A stretch of DNA of 62,016 nt from Candidatus Omnitrophota bacterium (GTDB lineage Bacteria > Omnitrophota > Gorgyraeia > Ghiorseimicrobiales > Ghiorseimicrobiaceae). The first letter of the stretch is position 1. Each line of letters begins with the position of its first letter. Position numbers and translations under genes: made by a program. A model generated the notes under the pieces. It was not told the origin of the DNA and ran no database searches. It saw only the letters and a program-made list of their open reading frames with translations. The DNA lies in NCBI GenBank assembly GCA_030681595.1, contig JAUXSB010000036.1, positions 1-62,016 on the forward strand. The letters are read 5' to 3'. Positions 57,134 to 62,016 of this stretch are shown one piece after another.

Positions 57134-58860
57134 ATACTTTAAGGCATTCTTGTTCGCATATAATGGCTCAGGCGGTAAAGGAGCTGTGGCCAGATACTAA
57201 GCTGGGGATTGGGCCAGCGATCGAGGAAGGATTTTACTACGACTTTGATACTTCGACTGCGCTCAGCGCAGGTAAAAAAGAACCTTTCACCCCCGAAGAT
57301 TTAGAAAAAATAGAAAAGAGGATGCGGGAAATAATAAATAAGAATTTGCCTTTTATCCGCGAGGAATTGGCTAAAGATAAGGCACAAGAGTTTTTTGCGG
57401 GCAGAAAAGAAAATTATAAAGTAGAGTTGATTAATGAATTGCCCGACGAGAGAGTTTCGATATATAAAACAGGCAGTACCTTTATCGATTTATGTAAAGG
57501 GCCGCACCTAAATTCTAGCGGCGAAATAAAAGCGTTTAAATTATTGTCTATAGCGGGAGCCTATTGGCGGGGAAGCGAAAAAAACGCCATGCTGCAGCGT
57601 ATTTACGGTACGGCATTTTTTTCGCAAAAAGAACTGGATGATTATCTCATCCTTCTCGAAGAAATAAAAAAGCGCGACCATAGAAAACTCGGGGCCGATT
57701 TAGAGTATTTTAGCATTGAAGGAGAGATGGGGCCGGGCCTTGCTTTTTGGCATCCCAAGGCAGGGTTATTGCGTAAAATTATTGAAGACTTCTGGAAAAA
57801 CGAACACCTCAGGCGCGGCTATGGCTTGGTGAATACCCCGCATATCGGCAGGGCCGAACTTTGGAAAACCAGCGGGCACTTGGAATTTTATAAGGACTAC
57901 ATGTTTCCGTTGATGAAGATCGAAAATCAGGAATATGTGTTAAAGCCGATGAACTGCCCGGGGCATATCCTGATTTATAAAAGTAAGACGCGTAGTTATC
58001 GCGAGTTGCCGCTTAAGCTCGCAGAATTAGGTACGGTTTATCGCTATGAGCGTTCAGGCGTATTGCATGGCCTTTTGCGTGTGCGGGGCTTTACTCAGGA
58101 TGACGCGCATGTTTTCTGCCGCCCGAATCAACTCGAAGAAGAAATACAAAAGGTTTTGGATTTAACTTTTACATTCTTAAATAAGTTCGGTTTTTCTCAA
58201 TGCGAAGTTTATGTATCTACCAAGCCCGAAAAGCACGTCGGAGGCGATGCGCATTGGGCTAGCGCGACAGAGGCACTCAAAGGTTCCTTAGATAAAAAAG
58301 GGATAATTTGGCAGGAAGATCCCGGTGAGGGCGTTTTCTATGGCCCAAAAATCGATATAAAAATAAAGGATGCGCTTGGGCGCGCGTGGCAGTGTACGAC
58401 CATTCAGGTAGATTTTAATCTCCCGGAGAGATTTGATATTGCATACATAGATGAGGATGGCGGCCAGAAGCAGCCGGTTATGATCCATCGGGCGATATTC
58501 GGTTCTTTAGAGAGGTTTCTAGGGGTTTTGCTTGAGCATTACGCCGGAGACCTGCCTTTGTGGTTGGCACCTACGCAGGTAGTAATTATACCGATAAAAG
58601 ATTCCTGTCTTGATTACGCCGGCAGGGTTAAAGAAAAGCTTTTAGATTCAGGCCTGCGCGCGGAATTAGATGAACGCCGCTCGACTCTAGATAAAAAAAT
58701 CCGTGAAGCAGAATTACAGAAGACGCCTTATATTTTAATTATCGGCGAACGTGAAGTAAAAGCCGATAAGGTTTCGGTGCGCAAAAGATTAAAAGGAGAT
58801 TTAGGGGTAATGGCGATAGAGGGATTTATTAAAAGTATCAAAGAGGGAGATGGAAAATGA
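57112..58860 (+). CDS. thrS: threonine--tRNA ligase lacking the N-terminal TGS domain
   Basis: The ORF is open from 57082; the likely start is MEIKRDLDTLRHSCSHIMAQAV (editing-domain HxxxH). Class II motifs and a C-terminal anticodon-binding domain are present. No TGS-like sequence lies upstream. Confidence 0.9.
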   Translation: MEIKRDLDTLRHSCSHIMAQAVKELWPDTKLGIGPAIEEGFYYDFDTSTALSAGKKEPFTPEDLEKIEKRMREIINKNLPFIREELAKDKAQEFFAGRKENYKVELINELPDERVSIYKTGSTFIDLCKGPHLNSSGEIKAFKLLSIAGAYWRGSEKNAMLQRIYGTAFFSQKELDDYLILLEEIKKRDHRKLGADLEYFSIEGEMGPGLAFWHPKAGLLRKIIEDFWKNEHLRRGYGLVNTPHIGRAELWKTSGHLEFYKDYMFPLMKIENQEYVLKPMNCPGHILIYKSKTRSYRELPLKLAELGTVYRYERSGVLHGLLRVRGFTQDDAHVFCRPNQLEEEIQKVLDLTFTFLNKFGFSQCEVYVSTKPEKHVGGDAHWASATEALKGSLDKKGIIWQEDPGEGVFYGPKIDIKIKDALGRAWQCTTIQVDFNLPERFDIAYIDEDGGQKQPVMIHRAIFGSLERFLGVLLEHYAGDLPLWLAPTQVVIIPIKDSCLDYAGRVKEKLLDSGLRAELDERRSTLDKKIREAELQKTPYILIIGEREVKADKVSVRKRLKGDLGVMAIEGFIKSIKEGDGK

Positions 58861-58861
58861 T

Positions 58862-58962
58862 GTTTCGTAAGGTTTTGTTAGGTTTCGTAATGTTTCGCGA
58901 GGTTTCAAGAGGTAACTTTACGGAATCCTATGTAACCTAACTTAACGTAACATTACGTAACT
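58862..58962 (+). repeat. hairpin built from GTTTCGTAA / TTACGTAAC words (thrS-infC spacer)
   Basis: gtttcgtaaggttttgttaggtttcgtaatgtttcgcgaggtttc ... atgtaacctaacttaacgtaacattacgtaac. Confidence 0.7.
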
Positions 58963-58983
58963 TTAAAAATAAGGAGGTGGGCT

Positions 58984-59490
58984 ATTCGTAAGTTTATACG
59001 AGTAAATGAAAGGATTCGTGCTCCAGAAATAAGAGTGATTGGCCCAGAGGGCGAACAGCTGGGGGTAATGACCCCTAGCAAAGGTTTAGAGGTGGCTTTA
59101 CAGAGCGGGTTAGATTTGGTAGAGGTTGCTCCCGGTACTCAGCCGCCAGTCTGCCGGGTTATGGATTTTAGCAAGTATAAGTATGATCAGGAAAGAAAAG
59201 AACGTGAAGCAAAAAAACATCAGAAGGCAGTACATTTAAAGGAAATCAGGTTTAAGCCTCACATTGAAGAGCATGATTATCAAACCAAGCTGCAGCATTT
59301 AATAGAATTCCTGAAAAAAGGCGACAAGGTAAAAGTGGCGCTTATATATCGAGGCCGAGAGATGAGTCATCAGGAGTTAGGTAGGCGGATAATTGATAGG
59401 CTGATTGCTGATTCCGCCAGCGCTGGGCAGATGGAAAAACCGCCCGTTTTAGAAGGCAGGATGATTATAATGGTGGTAGCGCCCAAGTAG
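58984..59490 (+). CDS. infC: translation initiation factor IF-3 (AUU start)
   Basis: The frame of the 59035 ORF extends upstream as IRKFIRVNERIRAPEIRVIGPEGEQLGV, the conserved IF3 N-terminus. ATT at 58984 lies 5 nt after the SD AAGGAGGTG. AUU initiation is the known infC autoregulatory feature. Confidence 0.85.
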   Translation: MRKFIRVNERIRAPEIRVIGPEGEQLGVMTPSKGLEVALQSGLDLVEVAPGTQPPVCRVMDFSKYKYDQERKEREAKKHQKAVHLKEIRFKPHIEEHDYQTKLQHLIEFLKKGDKVKVALIYRGREMSHQELGRRIIDRLIADSASAGQMEKPPVLEGRMIIMVVAPK

Positions 59491-59557
59491 ACTGACGAAG
59501 CTTTAATATAAAACAAATATTGCTTACAGTAATAATATACAATAAGAGGAATAAAAC

Positions 59558-59758
59558 ATGCCAAAACTTAAAACTAAAAAAGGCGTAGCTAAACGTTTTC
59601 GTTTAACCAAGTCGGGGAAAATTAAACATCGGTCTTCTTTCCGCGGGCACTTATTGAGCGGGCGGGCAAAGAACAGGAAGAGAGGGCTAAGGCGCGGCAA
59701 TATCTTGTCCGGCCATGCCGACATAAAATCAATTAAAAGGCAGTTACCGTATGGATAA
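59558..59758 (+). CDS. rpmI: 50S ribosomal protein L35
   Basis: MPKLKTKKGVAKRFRLTKSGKIKHR... Confidence 0.93.
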   Translation: MPKLKTKKGVAKRFRLTKSGKIKHRSSFRGHLLSGRAKNRKRGLRRGNILSGHADIKSIKRQLPYG

Positions 59759-59917
59759 AAAAACAGCATAGATAGGTACATACATAAGTTGTTTATCCCG
59801 AAGAGAGAAAAACCGCCCTGCTAAAATAAGGGTGGAACCGGGGTTATATGTTGCGCCGGAAGCAAAACACTCGAAAATTTGTAACAAATTTTCTCGTAGC
59901 TTTCGGCATTAATTCGC

Positions 59918-59958
59918 GCGTATAACTTACTCATGCTACGCATTCGTAAGTTATACGC
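59918..59958 (+). repeat. perfect 13-bp hairpin GCGTATAACTTAC / GTAAGTTATACGC just upstream of the rplT SD
   Basis: Read directly. The TATAACTTA word is shared with 28663-28816 and 48820-48875. Confidence 0.85.
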
Positions 59959-59975
59959 TCATTAAGGAGTAAATC

Positions 59976-60329
59976 ATGGCAAGAGTAAAAACTAATGTAG
60001 CAAGAAAAAGAAGGGTTAAGCGTACCTTAAAAGCGGCAAAGGGTTATTGGGGGGATAGAAGTAAGCGTTATAAGCATGCCAAGCTTACGGTAATGCGTGC
60101 TGAGAGCTATGCCTATCGTGACCGTAAGCGCAAGAAAAGAGATTTCCGTAAACTTTGGATTTCCCGTATTAATGCTGCCTGTCGCGCGGAAGGATTAACC
60201 TACAGCCGGTTTATTCAGGGCTTAAAAAAGGCGCAGGTACAATTGGATAGAAAGTCGTTGGCGGAATTAGCCGTAAACGATACGGCGGCTTTTAGTAAGC
60301 TGATCGAGATTACGAAAGGAAAGGCTTGA
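59976..60329 (+). CDS. rplT: 50S ribosomal protein L20
   Basis: [36 protein letters not shown]... Confidence 0.95.
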   Translation: MARVKTNVARKRRVKRTLKAAKGYWGDRSKRYKHAKLTVMRAESYAYRDRKRKKRDFRKLWISRINAACRAEGLTYSRFIQGLKKAQVQLDRKSLAELAVNDTAAFSKLIEITKGKA

Positions 60330-60390
60330 TACTTTACACATGATACTTGATACAGGCGTATTATTTTGTGTCAAGTGTCAGGTATCAGGT
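60327..60390 (+). repeat. hairpin built from GATAC/GTATC words
   Basis: cttgatactttacacatgatacttgatacagg ... ttgtgtcaagtgtcaggtatcaggtgg. Several mismatches are U-G pairs in the plus-strand (sense) RNA. Confidence 0.7.
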
Positions 60391-60412
60391 GGCACGTAAA
60401 AAAGGGATTAAG

Positions 60413-61066
60413 ATGTACGTCATAATTATCGGTTGCGGCAGGGTTGGTTCGGAATTGGCAAAACTATTGTCTAACGAAGGCCATAACGTGGTTGTTATAG
60501 ATAGAAACCGCGCCGCTTTTGAACGTTTGGGTGGGACATTTAACGGCGTGACCCTGGCCGGAAACGGTTTTGATTTGGAATTATTAAAGCAGGCAGGGAT
60601 TGAGCAGGCAGATGCTTTTTGCGCGGTAACCAATGGCGATAACAGCAATTTAGTTTCCGCGCAAGTTGCTAAAAAGATATTCAAAGTCCCGAAGGTTATC
60701 GCCCGCGTATACGACCCCCAGCGGGCGCATATATATTCTAGCCTTGGGCTTGATGTCTTAAGCGGGACTATTCTTTTTGCCGCGATGGTTAGGGATAAAA
60801 TTATTGAAACGAGGTTTTCCGATTATTTAATCGAGACTAAAGAATTGGGTGTAATAGAAATAGATGTAAAGGGGGCGCTGGTAGGAAAGACTGTGGAGCA
60901 GGTGAATATACCGGGCGAACTGGTTGTTACCGCAATAATCAAAATGCGCGGGGTAATTATTCCAGAGCCGCAGACAGCGCTTAAAGAAAAAGAGACTTTG
61001 ATGGCGGTAGTAAAGGTGGCAAGCTTAGCGAAGATAAAAGAAAAATTAGGCATAGGCGAGAGGTAA
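60413..61066 (+). CDS. trkA: TrkA/KtrA-type potassium transporter NAD-binding regulatory subunit
   Basis: Likely start MYVIIIGCGRVGSELA (Rossmann GxGxxG). RCK_N plus RCK_C organisation. Confidence 0.8.
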   Translation: MYVIIIGCGRVGSELAKLLSNEGHNVVVIDRNRAAFERLGGTFNGVTLAGNGFDLELLKQAGIEQADAFCAVTNGDNSNLVSAQVAKKIFKVPKVIARVYDPQRAHIYSSLGLDVLSGTILFAAMVRDKIIETRFSDYLIETKELGVIEIDVKGALVGKTVEQVNIPGELVVTAIIKMRGVIIPEPQTALKEKETLMAVVKVASLAKIKEKLGIGER

Positions 61067-61102
61067 AACGTTGTGTTTGCGGCCTATGGTTAGGTTTAAG
61101 GT

Positions 61103-61765
61103 ATGAATATTTTAATCGTCGGGGCAGGTAAGGTGGGTTATTTTTTGGCGAAGAGGCTCATCGCCGATAAGCATACAGTAAGCATCATTGATAAAGACCG
61201 CGCAACTTGCGAAGAGATAGCTAAAGAACTGGATATTTTAGTTATTCACGGCGATGGCTGTGACCCGCGTATTTTAGAAGAGGCGGGGGTTGAGCGCGCG
61301 GAGGTGGTTGCGGCAGTGACCGGCGACGATGAGGATAATCTGGTAGTTTGTCAGATCACCAAAGAAAGATTTAATGTCCGCCGCACCGTAGGCAGGATTA
61401 ACGATTCAAAGAACGAAAAAATTTTTACAGAATTAGGCGTAGATGTGCCCATAGATTCTACCGCCATCATCGCCAAAATCATTAAAGGCGAAGCTGCTTT
61501 TGAAGATTTTGTAAACTTGATGAGTTTTCAGCGGGGGAAGCTCGCTATTGTGCGGCTTGATTTACCGGAAGATTCACCGGTGATTAATAAGAAAGTAATG
61601 GAAGTGGAGCTCCCGCCGGATGCGGTTTTGGTTTCAATCTTGCGCGGAGATGAAGTTATCATCCCTAAGGGCAATACTGTTTTTATGCCCAGCGACGACG
61701 TGATTGCTATTACTTCAGTTGGCAATGAAGCCCGGTTGTTGAAAATACTGGTGGGTAAATTATGA
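61103..61765 (+). CDS. trkA: second TrkA/KtrA-type regulatory subunit
   Basis: MNILIVGAGKVGYFLAKRL..., RCK_N plus RCK_C. Confidence 0.8.
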   Translation: MNILIVGAGKVGYFLAKRLIADKHTVSIIDKDRATCEEIAKELDILVIHGDGCDPRILEEAGVERAEVVAAVTGDDEDNLVVCQITKERFNVRRTVGRINDSKNEKIFTELGVDVPIDSTAIIAKIIKGEAAFEDFVNLMSFQRGKLAIVRLDLPEDSPVINKKVMEVELPPDAVLVSILRGDEVIIPKGNTVFMPSDDVIAITSVGNEARLLKILVGKL

Positions 61766-61893
61766 ATAAAGTAATCAGGGGCCCTCTCAATGCCGCCCTG
61801 GGTATAGCGGTTGAACTTCTTTATGTTGCATGTATTATACTGGCGGGCCTCTTTATTTGCTGGTTTTTGTCTTTGCCGCATTCCGCAATTTAG
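61762..61893 (+). CDS. possible 43-aa membrane peptide (ATGA-coupled to trkA)
   Basis: MNKVIRGPLNAALGIAVELLYVACIILAGLFICWFLSLPHSAI. One hydrophobic helix. No homology argument is available. Confidence 0.25.
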   Translation: MNKVIRGPLNAALGIAVELLYVACIILAGLFICWFLSLPHSAI

Positions 61894-61908
61894 TTGTGGC
61901 ACCCCTAT

Positions 61909-62016
61909 TTATGGCTTTGGCTAAGCGGAAAGCCAAACCATTGCCTTACCGGCTTATGGCTTTGGCTAAGCGGAAAGCCAAACCATTGCCTTACCGGCTT
62001 ATGGCTTTGGCTAAGC
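61909..62016 (+). repeat. 45-bp tandem repeat, at least 2.4 units, truncated by the window end
   Basis: The unit ttatggctttggctaagcggaaagccaaaccattgccttaccggc occurs at 61909-61953 and 61954-61998, with a partial unit to 62016. All copies are identical. Each unit contains the hairpin ggctttggct/agccaaacc. Confidence 0.9.

Noticed and set aside
61909-62016. A CRISPR array at the window end.
   Set aside because: The 45-bp units are directly adjacent with no unique spacers, and no cas genes are nearby. It is a plain tandem repeat.

Overview
This is an origin-proximal chromosomal segment of a bacterium whose lineage cannot be assigned from the window alone. Standard genetic code; TGA, TAA and TAG are all used as stops. 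Every gene call left of about 48.7 kb is on the minus strand and every call to the right is on the plus strand. The two blocks diverge at the dnaA / rpmH spacer, which carries a perfect DnaA box, so this is the likely oriC.

Left to right:
- A pyrimidine block: carB (partial), carA, a dCTP-deaminase/dUTPase-family gene, an esterase, tRNA-Arg, an EndoQ-like PHP protein, pyrC, pyrB and pyrR. pyrR has its own promoter and a PyrR-type attenuator.
- A roughly 20 kb type IV pilus / T2SS-like locus at 8.3-28.7 kb. It contains HTH-pilN-pilO-pilP-like-pilQ-TPR/coiled-coil-pilM, three paralogous secreted beta-helix proteins, three pseudopilins (one carrying a Kelch propeller), pilC, pilB and a split MshE-like ATPase.
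- A 1348-aa GGDEF-STAND-HEAT protein, a DUF3786-like protein, a CBM-like lipoprotein and a roughly 1470-aa secreted multidomain protein.
- tRNA-Glu with two degenerate tRNA-like copies, then gyrA, gyrB with a 434-aa HNH intein, DUF721, dnaN and dnaA.
- On the plus strand: rpmH, yidD, yidC, a Jag_N-only ORF, parA, parB, ndk, yicC, gmk, rpoZ, coaC, tRNA-Cys/Leu/Val, a frameshifted nucleotidyltransferase module, thrS, infC (AUU start), rpmI, rplT and two trkA-like genes.

The most interesting reading is a compact c-di-GMP circuit around the pilus-like locus. A GGDEF-STAND sensor sits next to a stand-alone MshEN c-di-GMP receptor coupled to a secretion ATPase. A candidate c-di-GMP-I riboswitch gates the operon of three pseudopilins plus three beta-helix exoproteins.

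Two further features stand out. Almost every gene boundary carries long imperfect hairpins built from short repeated words. A 120-147 bp element with inverted-repeat ends occurs three times.
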